Assembly (NCBI GenBank): GCA_043228905.1
Contig: JBHGNT010000009.1
Span: 2,356,001 to 2,420,000, forward strand
Direction: 5' to 3'
Source of the DNA: Azolla caroliniana
Taxonomy: Eukaryota > Plantae > Polypodiophyta
Length of the DNA stretch: 64,000 nucleotides
Positions 12,601 through 23,780 of the stretch are shown one piece after another. Under the pieces are notes generated by a model that searched no databases, was not told where the DNA came from, and saw only the letters and a program-made list of their open reading frames with translations. The position numbers and the translations under genes were made by a program. Numbering within the stretch: the first letter of the stretch is position 1; each line of letters begins with the position of its first letter.

Positions 12601-15235
12601 AAACGCGAACTCTGGGGTATCGTTTCGGCGGTCAAGGTTGACAAAGATTACCTGATCGGGATGGAGATGATAATTGAGACGAACTCCCTGCCGATTCTCG
12701 GTATGGTTTCCGGGTGCACGATGCCGGACCTGGCAATGCTCAGGTGGATAGCGTACGTGAAGTTCCTAAATCCGGAAATACGACACATTTCCGGAAAGGA
12801 CAACACCATGGTTTCGAGGGCGAGATTCGATGATGAGGACGGCATGGTTTCGGAGGACGAAGAAGTTGGCGTGGACTTCTTTGAGGCGGCATACATAACG
12901 ACAAGGAAGGGGAGCACCCCGGTGCTTAACGAGTTCGACGAGAGCAAGTACGACGGGGAGTGGCTCCGGATCGGCGGGTTCCTAAAGACAATGACACCTG
13001 ACGTGGCGTGGACGAAGGAAGAGACCAACCGGGTTCAGAAGAAAGCATACCGATTCTTCCTACGGGAGGGGTGCATATGGAAGCACCCGAAGAAGAGAAA
13101 CAACATCCCGCTCTGGGTTGTGGCGAAGAAAGAGGAACAGGTGGAACTGCTGACGGCGTACCACGAGAGCCCTTGGCCGGACACCGCGGGACGTGGGCCA
13201 CATTCGAGAAGCTAAAGGGGAAGTACTATTGGCCAGGACTATACCGGGACGTGCATCAGTTCGTGACGACTTGCGAAAGCTGTCAGATGCACTCCATAGT
13301 TCAACATCGGGACAAACTTCACCCGACCTACCCTCCGACCATCCACTTCAAGTGGATGGTGGATTTGGTGATGATGCCAATGCGATATCTGCTGCTGGCT
13401 CGAGAGGACCTGACAAACCAGGTGGAAGGCTGAGCGTTGTTGAACAAAATGACCGCGGCCGTGTGCCGATTTCTGATCGAAGAAGTGGTATGCCGACCAC
13501 GGAGAACTGGATGCACAAGAGGCTGAACAGTTGTTTCACCGACTAGGGGTTAAACTCTCGCTCACCACGGTGTACAATCCGGAGGCGAACGGGAAGGTGG
13601 AACATGGACACGGGCCAATCGTCAACGCGTTAGTGCGGGCATGTGGAGGCCAAGTCGGGAACTGACCGCGACTCTTACCCTATGCATTGTGGGCTGACCG
13701 AACTACGCACAGTTCGGTAACCAAGTTCATGTCGGCGGAGCTGATGTATGGACAGAAGCCGGTCATGCCAATGGAGTGAACGATCTCCTCATGGGCCACG
13801 GTGGACTGGAGAGACGAGATGAGCCGGGAGGAGCTGTTAGCGGCGCGGATCCGGCAGCTCGAGGGAAGATCGGAGGATGTGGAGCGAGTCGAGGAAAAGT
13901 TGCGGGTCATGAGGGTAAAGAACAAGGGACAATTCGATCGGACTCATCGACTAAGGCTGAAAAAAATCGAGGAAGGCGATTGGGTTCTGGTTTATGACAG
14001 CAGCCTCGACAACTAGCACAAGGCGATGCGGAAGTTCGCAAGGAGGTGGTTCGGGCCTTACGCGGTGACAAGCGCCGATGACAACGAGACCTACCATCTC
14101 GCGGAGCTTGACGGGACGAGGATAGCGGTACCGGTGGGGGAAAAAGGGTCAAAGTGTTCAAAAAGCGGCACGAGAATGAACCGGACCCGAACAACTTGGA
14201 TAGCGAGGACGACCGTTTCGGAGGACGAAGGGTAAGCGCGGGCCGGTCTTCTCCGGCAAGAGTCTATTTTGGCGCATACCGGTAGATGCGTGGTTAGGTG
14301 GGGGCGGATGTCATGGAGAAAACCGTCCCTAGGCGAAATCGGAGAAAAATGTGCACGAATTGGCCCTTATACGTAGGCACAAGTTTTGTTGTAATATATA
14401 TATTTAGGTACAAGTCAGCAGATGTGAATATCCTAGGTAGCACGCATTTCTTAGGTAGAAAATCGAGGCATATATCTGTTCGAAAGGACAGAGAGTAAAG
14501 ATGATGTAACGGGTTGTGACGGCCTCCCTCCTTGGGCTATAAAAGAGAGGGAGAGGAATCGAAAAAGGGACCGCTTTTGTCGAGGACGAAGTGCTATCGG
14601 ACTGGGACCGAGCTCTTCTTCTCTGTCTTTCTCTGTATTTGGTATGTGCAAGTTTTCGGGAGGCTGACTCTGCTCCGCGGAACACCCAAGTGCTTTTGGC
14701 CAAGTCTCCATCTCGCGTCTGTGTGCGTGTAGGCGTCAGAGCTCATCGTTCACCGGCCCACCGGTTGTAACCCCTTTTATCTGATATATGTCAGGAATAG
14801 TACTAAAGCAGAGATGGAATTAGTACTAAGAGGAGTAGTACTATTAGTACTAAGAGGACGGGACTGCGTAAGATTCCCGAGAGAGAGGAAGTGAGAAGAG
14901 GAGAGAGAGAGAAATAGGATGATGACAGCAGCTCTTATATTATATGAAAGATAAGTACAAATCGGCTAAGAGGCTTAAGACTGGTGTTGAACCAATTTGG
15001 TTCAAAACAATGCCTTGTGCCTCCTTTTATAGTGTTTTTAGGAATAATCCTGAAGCTTCTAGAATGTTCTAGAGAGATCTGGAATATACATCAATTTTCT
15101 ATGATAAAGCATAAATGAAAATAATATCCTACAAAATACAATTCATAGTCTAATGGTAAGAGCTCGACCCATGTAGCATAAGGTCATGGGTTCGAGTCTT
15201 GCCATATCATGCCATATCATGACACTATCTCCCCC

Positions 15236-18200
15236 TTAAAGACAACGAGTGGAACGAGTCGGCGCTAATTGCGGACCGGGTTTGTCCGGATATTTTCGGT
15301 GGAAATCAGCAAGAAGATCTTGTGCATTGGCAACATTCTCGACGGGTTCCCAAGTACGTTCGCTCGGACTATAACCGAGCCAATCGAACAAGTAATAAAG
15401 TTTGTTGCGAACAAGTTTGGAATCGAGGATGGCAGCAACTTCATACTCCGGGCCGGCGTCCAACTCCAGCGGGGGCGGCGGTGGTGTCACACGATCGGGA
15501 ATGGTGTTTGCTTTATAAGGTTCAAGAAGAGAACAATGGAAAACCGGATGTATCTGAAGCTGCGGAGGGAGATCAAGGCGGAAGGTGACATCATTAATCT
15601 TCCCCGTAATACGGAAAGGACCGAGTCGTCGATAATCCAACTTGTCGCACGGTCGAGTAGTCTTGATGTGACGACGTAAGAGCCATACTCGATCTCCGAT
15701 GGCAAAAGAGGAGGGAATCCGATGACGATCCGCATAAGTCTTCTGTGTGTGTTGAGCATGACGAAGGTGAGTAGAGAGATCCATCTGGATCTTGCGTAGC
15801 CTCTCCAAATGATCCTCGGTACGAGGGTTGGTAGGTAGCTCCGGAGTGTCGATCACTGACCAGCGAGGATGGAAACCAGTATAAGCGAAAAATGGGGAGA
15901 CCCGAGTCGAGGAGTGAATAGCATTATTATACGCAAACTCCGCAAAGTGGAGAATCTCGGCCCAATCGTCCTGTTGATAACTCAGGAAACACCGGAGATA
16001 TTGCTCCAGCGTTTGGTTTGTTCGTTCCGCCTGTCCGTCGGTCTGAGGATGGTAGCCGGAGGAGAGGTTGCAGGAGACCTTGAGCATCTTGAAGAGATGC
16101 TGCCAAAATTTGGAGACAAATTGCGGGCCTTGGTCACTGATAATACTATCTGGGAGGCCATGATGCCGAAATACATCACGCATAACAAGAGCGGCGGTTT
16201 CCTCACTAGTGATGGCTTTAGTACATGGCACAAAATGTGCCATCTTCGTATATCGATCGACGACGGTTAGGATAGCATCGAACCCCTTCGAGACCGGCAG
16301 ATCTGTGATAAAATCAAGACAAATAGACTGCCATGACTTACTTGGAATTGGTAAAGGTTCCAACAAGCCATATGGATGGTGTCGTGGCATCTTTGCTCGG
16401 CAGCAAGCATCACAGGTCCGAACGTAGTCGTCGACAAAACGGCGCATGTGGGGCCACCAAAAAGATCGCTGCACTAGCTCCAACGTCTTAGTACTACCGA
16501 AATGTCCCGTCGTATGGGTGTCGTGACAATGTTGGACGATTTGAAGGCGACAGGAGCAATCGGGGACATATACGTGCTTTTTAAAGAATAACAAACCATC
16601 ATGATATTCGAATTGCCGGTAGTCAATACCTGGTTGTTGAGACTGAGAGCAGGATGCCCAAGAAGTATCAATGTGCGCCAAGATGTCTTGAGCAAAACTA
16701 TCCGTCTTCAAGGTTGCACGTATGTCATCGGTAATCTGTGTATCCATCGGGGTGTGAAAAATCCGCGTCGTGTGCAATCGTGTTGGTCCCAAGATTACTT
16801 GCTTTTGATTATCAAATGTTGCGTCACCAGGACGAGGTGCAAGATATGAACGCCGTGATAGTGCATCTGCTTTTCCTTGCTGCTTCCCCGGTCGATATGT
16901 GATTTTGAAGTCGAAACGCGTGAGGAATTGCGCCCACCGAGCTTGCCGTCGATTTAGTACGCGAGCGTTCTGAAAATAAGCAAGATTTTTATGATCGCTA
17001 AAGACAATGACCTGATGTGGAGAGCCCTCTAAGAAATGCCGCCATTGTACAAATGAATCCACGATGGCTAATAACTCCTTGTCATGTATTTCGTAGTTGA
17101 TTTTTGCGACATTGAATTTGCGCAAATGGAAAGCCACCGGATGCAACTCTTCTTTATCGCCTTGTTGAGAAAGGATGCTACCGAGGGCGAAATCTGATGC
17201 GTCGGCCTCCATGATGAATGGTTTGCTTGTATCCACATGAGCTAGAATCGGTGCTGATGTAAAGGCTTTCTTAAGATGCCGAAAAGCCATATTTGCTTCG
17301 ATGGACCAAAGAAATGCTTGGCCCTTCTTCGTAAGTTGTGTGAGAGGTAAAATAATCTTCGAGTAATCCTGTATAAACTTACGGTAGAAGTTAGCAAAAC
17401 CTAGAAAACATTGTACATCTCGTACCGACCGTGGAATTTGCGACTCTAGTACAGTTTGGATTTTAGCTGGATCCATGGCGATGCCCTTTGAGGAGATGAC
17501 GTAGCCTAGAAATTCCACTTGCTTGCAGTCAAAGCTACATTTTTCTAGCTTGGCATAAAGACCATTCTCGCGGAGTCGCTTTAGTACTAATAGTACATGA
17601 GAATCGTGCTCTTCCTGGGTCTTCGAATAAATCAACAGATCATCCAGATAAATGATCAAACAGATATCCAAGAGGTCTCTGAATATATCATTTGCCATGT
17701 GTTGGAAGACTGCGGGTGCATTGGTTAGGCCAAACGGCATAACAGTATACTCGAAATGCCCATACCGCGTGCGAAAAGCGGTCTTCCACTCATCTCCTGG
17801 TCGGATCCGCACGAGATTATACGCTCCTCGTAGGTCGATTTTAGTAAAAAACTTGGCACCATTAACTCGCTCTAAAAGACTTGATATAAGAGGAAGTGCA
17901 TACCTATTCCGGATGGTGACTTTATTCAATCCGCGGTAATCAACGACAAGACGAAGTGAGCCATCTTTCTTCTTGACAAAGAAGATGGGTGAACCGGCCG
18001 GAGATTTCGAATGACGGATGAACCTGCTTGCCAAGTTCTCCTCTATGTAGGCTCGAAGGACTTCTAACTCGGTGGGTGACAAGTTGTAAATTGGTCCCCA
18101 TGGTGGCTCGGTTCCTGGTTGTAAATCGATGGGACAGTCATAGGGACGGTGATGAGGAAGGGTACCAGCTTTTACCTTGTCAAATACATCGGCATAAGGA

Positions 18201-18778
18201 TGATATTTTGCCGGAAGTTGTACTGAGGAGTTCTTCTTAATAGTGCTGGAAGGATGTACTGATATGGCAAATAGGAACATTGCCTCCTTGGGTCCTTCTT
18301 CGCGTAGTTGATGGAGTGAAATGGTCGAAACTCGGTGAGTTGATTCTTGGGGTGGTCGATATCGGACTTCTCTTGTTCTCCAATCTATGGCTGGATTATG
18401 TAATTCAAGCCAAGGTAATCCTAGGACAATGGGATGCTCTGGACTACTAATTATATTAAATGATGTTATACACACAAAACTACCTAGGACAACTTGAATG
18501 GGTTCTGATTCTTCTACAATATTCCCGGAAGCAATGGGATGACCATCAATGACCACTACAGATGCGGGACAAGGAAGTTTTCTTAAGGATATTTGAGAAG
18601 CTTGGGCAAAATTTCGATCCATGAAACAGGAATTAGCTCCGGAATCTAAAAGTGCTAGGACGGGTACTGGGGGAGTACTTTTAGTACTAACAATGACTTG
18701 GGCTAGGAACACATTGCTAACTTGCTTGGAAGGAATGGAACCACTAATGGGCTGTACAGATCTAGGGCTGCTGTCCAA
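15236..18778 (-). CDS. pol: Pol polyprotein PR-RT-RNaseH-IN-chromodomain (open; probably reached by -1 frameshift at 18811-18817)
   Basis: 1180 aa. LLDSGA, YLDD, ADASD, HHCC, DFITDLP, GPF, chromodomain EYEVAAILD..DWLGY..TWEP. Confidence 0.95.
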   Translation of the reverse strand: MDSSPRSVQPISGSIPSKQVSNVFLAQVIVSTKSTPPVPVLALLDSGANSCFMDRNFAQASQISLRKLPCPASVVVIDGHPIASGNIVEESEPIQVVLGSFVCITSFNIISSPEHPIVLGLPWLELHNPAIDWRTREVRYRPPQESTHRVSTISLHQLREEGPKEAMFLFAISVHPSSTIKKNSSVQLPAKYHPYADVFDKVKAGTLPHHRPYDCPIDLQPGTEPPWGPIYNLSPTELEVLRAYIEENLASRFIRHSKSPAGSPIFFVKKKDGSLRLVVDYRGLNKVTIRNRYALPLISSLLERVNGAKFFTKIDLRGAYNLVRIRPGDEWKTAFRTRYGHFEYTVMPFGLTNAPAVFQHMANDIFRDLLDICLIIYLDDLLIYSKTQEEHDSHVLLVLKRLRENGLYAKLEKCSFDCKQVEFLGYVISSKGIAMDPAKIQTVLESQIPRSVRDVQCFLGFANFYRKFIQDYSKIILPLTQLTKKGQAFLWSIEANMAFRHLKKAFTSAPILAHVDTSKPFIMEADASDFALGSILSQQGDKEELHPVAFHLRKFNVAKINYEIHDKELLAIVDSFVQWRHFLEGSPHQVIVFSDHKNLAYFQNARVLNRRQARWAQFLTRFDFKITYRPGKQQGKADALSRRSYLAPRPGDATFDNQKQVILGPTRLHTTRIFHTPMDTQITDDIRATLKTDSFAQDILAHIDTSWASCSQSQQPGIDYRQFEYHDGLLFFKKHVYVPDCSCRLQIVQHCHDTHTTGHFGSTKTLELVQRSFWWPHMRRFVDDYVRTCDACCRAKMPRHHPYGLLEPLPIPSKSWQSICLDFITDLPVSKGFDAILTVVDRYTKMAHFVPCTKAITSEETAALVMRDVFRHHGLPDSIISDQGPQFVSKFWQHLFKMLKVSCNLSSGYHPQTDGQAERTNQTLEQYLRCFLSYQQDDWAEILHFAEFAYNNAIHSSTRVSPFFAYTGFHPRWSVIDTPELPTNPRTEDHLERLRKIQMDLSTHLRHAQHTQKTYADRHRIPSSFAIGDRVWLLRRHIKTTRPCDKLDYRRLGPFRITGKINDVTFRLDLPPQLQIHPVFHCSLLEPYKANTIPDRVTPPPPPLELDAGPEYEVAAILDSKLVRNKLYYLFDWLGYSPSERTWEPVENVANAQDLLADFHRKYPDKPGPQLAPTRSTRCL

Positions 18779-18804
18779 CCAAATGGCTCCTATTTTGGCT
18801 GGAC

Positions 18805-19165
18805 TTAATCGTTTAACTCTTCATCTAATTGACTAAGGATTTCAAATTTATTTGAGATACTTGGGCTATTAGTACTATGAATACTATCTGACACTCTATT
18901 AGTACCATTAACACTATCAGACACTCCGAAGGGAAGAATTGACTCGGGTTTAGTACAGGCGACGATTTGATTTACCTGTCTTCTTGGCCTACGGGGACAA
19001 TTGATGGCGATATGTCCTGGTCCACCGCAATAAAGGCATAATCGATTGGCACGTCGTCGTTGCTTTTCTTCTTCCGATAACGGGCCGCGGCGACGCATGG
19101 TATCGATCTCCATCGATGTCGAAGTATTTGCTTGAGGTATGTCTCGTGCAAACGGTTTAGCCGCG
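18805..19165 (-). pseudogene. gag: C-terminal gag remnant with CCHC zinc knuckle
   Basis: [14 protein letters not shown]. The N-terminal part is deleted and fused directly to LTR sequence. Confidence 0.88.
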
Positions 19166-19603
19166 ACTGGTGTTGAACCAATTTGGTTCAAAACAATGCC
19201 TTGTGCCTCCTTTTATAGTGTTTTTAGGAATAATCCTGAAGCTTCTAGAATGTTCCAGAGAGATCTGGAATATACATCAATTTTCTATGATAAAGCATAA
19301 ATGAAAATAATATCCTACAAAATACAATTCATAGTCTAATGGTAAGAGCTTGACCCATGTAGCATAAGGTCATGGGTTCGAGTCTTGCTATATCATGCCA
19401 TATCATGACAATATATATACACACACACACACGTTCATCTTGTTTCAATCAGTTGCGGTTTCTGTGTATTTGTGTGTGTGCAAAGCATGGCCATCGTCAG
19501 CACGGCCATTGTCTTTCTTGCTCCTCTCCCTCTCTCTTGTCCCTCGGACCAAGTCCCCCGGGGTCCCGCCTCGTTCTACACGCATGCGCGTAATAACACG
19601 ACA

Positions 19604-21702
19604 ACGGTGTTACAACATTATTATCATAACCAATCGCCTCCGTTAATCAACTCACGTGGAATACGGGATGAACCATAACATTGGAAGGCAAATCCGTAGG
19701 AACCCGTAGAAAAACTTGTTGTCCTACGTGAAATTCCCTCGGTTTTCTATCATGATTCGCATAAAAGACATTTTTGTCTCGTGCCATCTTAAGGTTTTCT
19801 GCTGCCAATTTACATCCTTCAAGCATATCAGAGCGAAAATCCTTTGTACTGTCCAGAGTATGAGAATCAAACGAAACATCAATAGGAGGACATGGCATAT
19901 AACCATACATTCCACCATTTGTATTTTGTTGATGTATGCTTAGCACTGTTGTAGGCAAATTCCACCATAGGAAGATCAGAATAACTGAGACTCAAAGTTT
20001 TTTGCAATTTCAGCATAACTTCTGACCAAAATGTTCTTGTAAACTTGGAGTCTCGATCACTTACAATCTCCATTGGTAGAGCATATAAGCTATAAAGATG
20101 TTTAATAAACTTAATAGCCAATTGCTTTGCGGTAATTATGGATTTCGTTGGAATGAATCTTGCCATCTTGGTAAGCCGATCAACAACCACCCAAATGGCA
20201 TTATTTCCCTCCATGGAACGAGGTAATCTGACTATGAAATCCACGGATATACTTTGCCACTTTTCAACTGGAATATTGAGAGGTTGCAATAAGCCAGCTT
20301 TTTTTTGTTGCTCAGCCTTAATGACCTGACAATGTGGACAATGAATCACATAGGACTCTATCTCAGGTTTCATTTTTGGCCAGATAAACCTAGCTTTAAT
20401 CAAAGCTAATGTTCTTTGCACACCTGGATGTCCAGCAGAAGGGGCATCATGACATTCATATAGAATTTTATTCTTGATGTCCTTTACATGTGGTATGAAA
20501 ACCTTACTATTGCGGTACAATAACCCATTCGCAACATAGTAAAGGTTCTTTGGGGTAGATGTGGTTCCATAATCAACGTCAATACCTGTTTCAGCTCTCT
20601 TCCAAAACTTTGAAAATGTTTTGTCATCAAGGTATTTTTGTTTATCCCGGATCAAATCAAATAAGTCGTCGTTAAATTCCACGAAACTTAGGGCATTAAT
20701 TTCTGGAATACGACTCAGGGCATCTGCAACGAAATTCAAAGCCCCTTTTCGATATCTAATATCAAAATCAAAGTCTTGCATCAACTCCGCCCATCTTGCC
20801 TTTCGACCCTCAAAATTCTTTTGAGAGAGGAAGTATTGCAAGGATTTGTGATCCATTAAAACAGTAAATTTATTACCATACAAATAATGTCGCCATTTCT
20901 TTAAGGCGTAAATGATAGCAAATAATTCTTTTTCTTGAACCGAGTAATTTCTTTGGGCCGAATCCTTTTTTTGCTTTCAAAAGCAATCGGTCTCCCAATT
21001 TGAAATAATGCAGCCCCAATAGCATAATCACTTGCATCCGTCTCAACTTCAAATGTTTGATTAGGATCAGGTATAGCTAAAGTAGGTACATTCACAATTA
21101 ACCACTTCAACTTATTGAAGGTTTCTTCAAGAGAGGCATTCCACTCAATAGGTTTAGTGGACTTTCTTGTAATACCCTTCAACAGGTCCGTAAATGGTGC
21201 AGTGTAGGATGAATAGTTTTGAAGAGATCTTCTTAGAAATCCAGCAGATCCTAAGAAAGATCGTAGCTCCTTAACATTTGAAGGTCGTGGCCAATTTAAT
21301 ACCGCTTCTATCTGAGATTTATCGATAGACACACCCGACCTAGATATGTGGTGTCCAAGATATGTGATTTCCTTTTGAAAGAAATCACATTTAGATAGTT
21401 TGGCAAATAGCTTGTATTCACGAAGCTTGTCCAAAACTATTCGGACATGACGCACATGATCGTCAAATGTATTACTATATACCATGATGTCATCAAGGAA
21501 TATGACCACGAAATCAGCAAGCTGATCTCTGAATATATCATTCATCAATTGCTGGAATGTGGTTGGAGCATCCGTCAACCCAAATGGTAGAACCCGAAAC
21601 TCATAATGACCATAACGGGTTCGGAAAGCTGTTTTGGAAACATCTTCTTCCGAAACCCTGATCCGATGATAGCCAGTGCGCAAGTCTATCTTAGTAAAAT
21701 AT
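19604..21702 (-). pseudogene. pol: Older AT-rich gypsy pol fragment (RT-RH-IN)
   Basis: KIDLRTGYHRIR, FLDD, ETDASD, HDAPSAGHPG..CPHCQ, VDRLTKMA. Frameshifted and internally deleted. Confidence 0.88.
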
Positions 21703-21774
21703 CCGACGTCCGGCGACTAAATAAAATAAATATATAAATATATACATATTTACATATACAAGGAGGGCAAGTAT

Positions 21775-21828
21775 GGATTCGAACCTTGCACCTCCAAGTT
21801 AGGAGTCAATTGGCTTACCATTAAGCCA
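21775..21828 (-). promoter_or_regulatory. tRNA-type Pol III A box/B box in the U3 of element C (second copy 28155-28208)
   Basis: TGGCTTAATGG...GGTTCGAATCC, starts 43 nt apart. Confidence 0.7.
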
Positions 21829-22237
21829 TGCTGTTTAGTTAAAATTATATTTCTATCATTATACTTTTACATGTAAATTCTCATACATGAGATCTAAAAT
21901 GAGTGACATGGTTAGCATGCACCACATGTAATACTTAAGCGCCAAATGGCAAACATGCAATTTATGCATGTCTTGTACCCTCACATGCATCATATGCATG
22001 AGAGCATCTATAAAAGAGGGAAGGGGGAGGAGAAAAAACACGGTTTTTTTTATGAAAATTAGGAGGAAGAAATTCGTTATCAAATTGATTGTGTAATCTC
22101 AACTTCTCTCTTTCCCAATCTATCTTAAGTACTTTCTCGCCAAAGCTTGTATCGACTCTAAATCCTTCTGGTCCAGAACCCCGGCGGTTCCGCCTCACGA
22201 TCCGCGCGTAGTGACGGATCTTCACGACATAATAAAG

Positions 22238-22255
22238 TGGTGAACCCGACGTGAA
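22238..22255 (+). promoter_or_regulatory. Primer-binding site, tRNA-Trp
   Basis: TGGTGAACCCGACGTGAA is complementary to the plant tRNA-Trp 3' end as I recall it (TTCACGTCGGGTTCACCA). Variants at 42031-42048 (-) and 45997-46014 (+). Confidence 0.85.
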
Positions 22256-22296
22256 AGAGGCGGTAGGAAGGATCAAGTCGAGATTAATACTTGGAG

Positions 22297-23664
22297 ATGG
22301 CGTCCTCAAGCAACCAAGCAGGAGAGCTCGAAAGGATGATGCTAATCGTCGAGCAAATGATGAGATCTCGGGACAACGACGCGAGCGTGGAGAAGGCTGT
22401 CGATCGTGTCGTAGAGCTCGAGGGCCAATTCGATGGAAGGAACGTTACGAAGTTCCTTGATGCATATAAGAGGGAGATGAATCAAAGGGACGTGTCTGAG
22501 GCACGTCAAATCGCAAGCTTCAAGAGAGTTGTCGCCAACAACATCCAAAGACGCGTCATCGAGCTTCAAGAAGGAAAGACAACATGGTCCGAGTTCGAGA
22601 AAACGATACTAGCGGAGTTCGTGACTGAAGACTCAACGAGGATGACTCGACATGCCCTAATGAAGTGGATAGAGAAGAAGAATAAGAAGATGAGCGTCTC
22701 GAGGGTGTACGACGAATTCGACCAGATGTTTAGTCGTCTCCCCAATACGGACCAAGTGTTGCTTGAAGAGGACAAGACTTTGTACTTCTTGAAGGCCGTG
22801 GACATAAAGGATAGACGGGAGTTGGGGACTCTTCTCGAAGATGATACCCAAGCAAATGGGCTCGTAGTGGACTGGATCGCGGTGAAGCGGGCATGCAATA
22901 GGTTCGACAAGCGTCGCCAATGGGTTGATGACACCGACTTGACGGGACCGACTACCACGGAGAAAGCAAGACCGCCGAAAGTAGTTGAGCCGCCAAGACA
23001 AAGTAACGTGGAAGAAAAGAAGATTGATGACGACATCATTGAAGAGCTAGCGAAGAAGTTCGAGAAGGTCACTCTAGCCAACATGAATCGTCGGGGCCCT
23101 AAAGGAAAAGAACCCTTTAGATGCGTGTGGTGCGATAGCATGGACCACATGAGAAGGGATTGTACGAGCCTTCGAGAGGCGATTCGACAAAATATCGTAT
23201 ACATAGAGGACAACATGATCTGCTCAAGCGAGACTAGAAGACCCCTACGGGTGAATTTCGGAAGAGGAGGAATGAAGAGATCTATGGAGGATGCCGATGT
23301 GACTCATGTGGATGCGATGCACTATGCTGCGTCGGCCGGAATAAGAGTCGGGAAAGACAAGACTGAAGCTGCTAGAGCGGGAGCAAAGTTTTGGACTTCC
23401 GTTCTCGAATATGAGAAGAAGGGAAAAGTCACATCGAACGAGGTAGAGCTTGCGGACCGAAACGTGCAAAGCATAACCGGGTGGTCGGATCCGGTGGACG
23501 ACAACACCATACTCATAGAGGTGATGTGCGACAACCACGAGGTGTTCGTCGAAGAAAAGAGAAAGAGAATAGAAGAGCAAGGCCCATCAAAAAGACATGA
23601 AACAAGGAACGCGAAAAAGAAGGACGATGCGGAGACGAGTCGACCTTTACAAACGGAGGAATGA
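22297..23664 (+). CDS. gag: Gag of element C
   Basis: ~456 aa. QFDGRNVTKFL capsid-like start, zinc knuckle CVWCDSMDHMRRDC. Confidence 0.85.
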   Translation: MASSSNQAGELERMMLIVEQMMRSRDNDASVEKAVDRVVELEGQFDGRNVTKFLDAYKREMNQRDVSEARQIASFKRVVANNIQRRVIELQEGKTTWSEFEKTILAEFVTEDSTRMTRHALMKWIEKKNKKMSVSRVYDEFDQMFSRLPNTDQVLLEEDKTLYFLKAVDIKDRRELGTLLEDDTQANGLVVDWIAVKRACNRFDKRRQWVDDTDLTGPTTTEKARPPKVVEPPRQSNVEEKKIDDDIIEELAKKFEKVTLANMNRRGPKGKEPFRCVWCDSMDHMRRDCTSLREAIRQNIVYIEDNMICSSETRRPLRVNFGRGGMKRSMEDADVTHVDAMHYAASAGIRVGKDKTEAARAGAKFWTSVLEYEKKGKVTSNEVELADRNVQSITGWSDPVDDNTILIEVMCDNHEVFVEEKRKRIEEQGPSKRHETRNAKKKDDAETSRPLQTEE

Positions 23665-23780
23665 GAATCAAGCCGAAAAGGGGAGCCGAGCATACGAGTT
23701 GAAGAAACGGTTCGGCCCGTGAAGGTTGGTGTCGAAGACCCCGCTCGGAGGACAAGGACAATACCTACCTATAAGCTAAG

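Larger units (their letters stand above)
14789..19410 (-). mobile_element. Element B: Tcn1-like chromovirus, TSD ATATA; 3' LTR 14789-15224, truncated 5' LTR 19165-19410
   Basis: ATATA|TGTCAGG...CATGACA|ATATA. PPT AAGGGGGAGATAG next to the 3' LTR. Close relative of element A. Confidence 0.95.
9800..19603 (+). mobile_element. Element D: 5'-truncated degenerate Phygy-like gypsy. Its 3' LTR (14309-14788 + 19411-19603) is split by element B.
   Basis: gag end, ALVDHGSEIN, YSGYDQF, LPQGGTNS, FLDD, HHCC IN and WFGPY, all with stops. PPT GGTGGGGGCGGA. LTR ends CACGACA|ACGG. Left boundary approximate. Confidence 0.88.

Noticed and set aside
21765-21836. Functional tRNA gene (CTCCTAA resembles an Arg-CCT anticodon loop)
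   Set aside because: The anticodon and acceptor stems do not pair and it lies inside both LTRs. Kept only as an A/B-box module.
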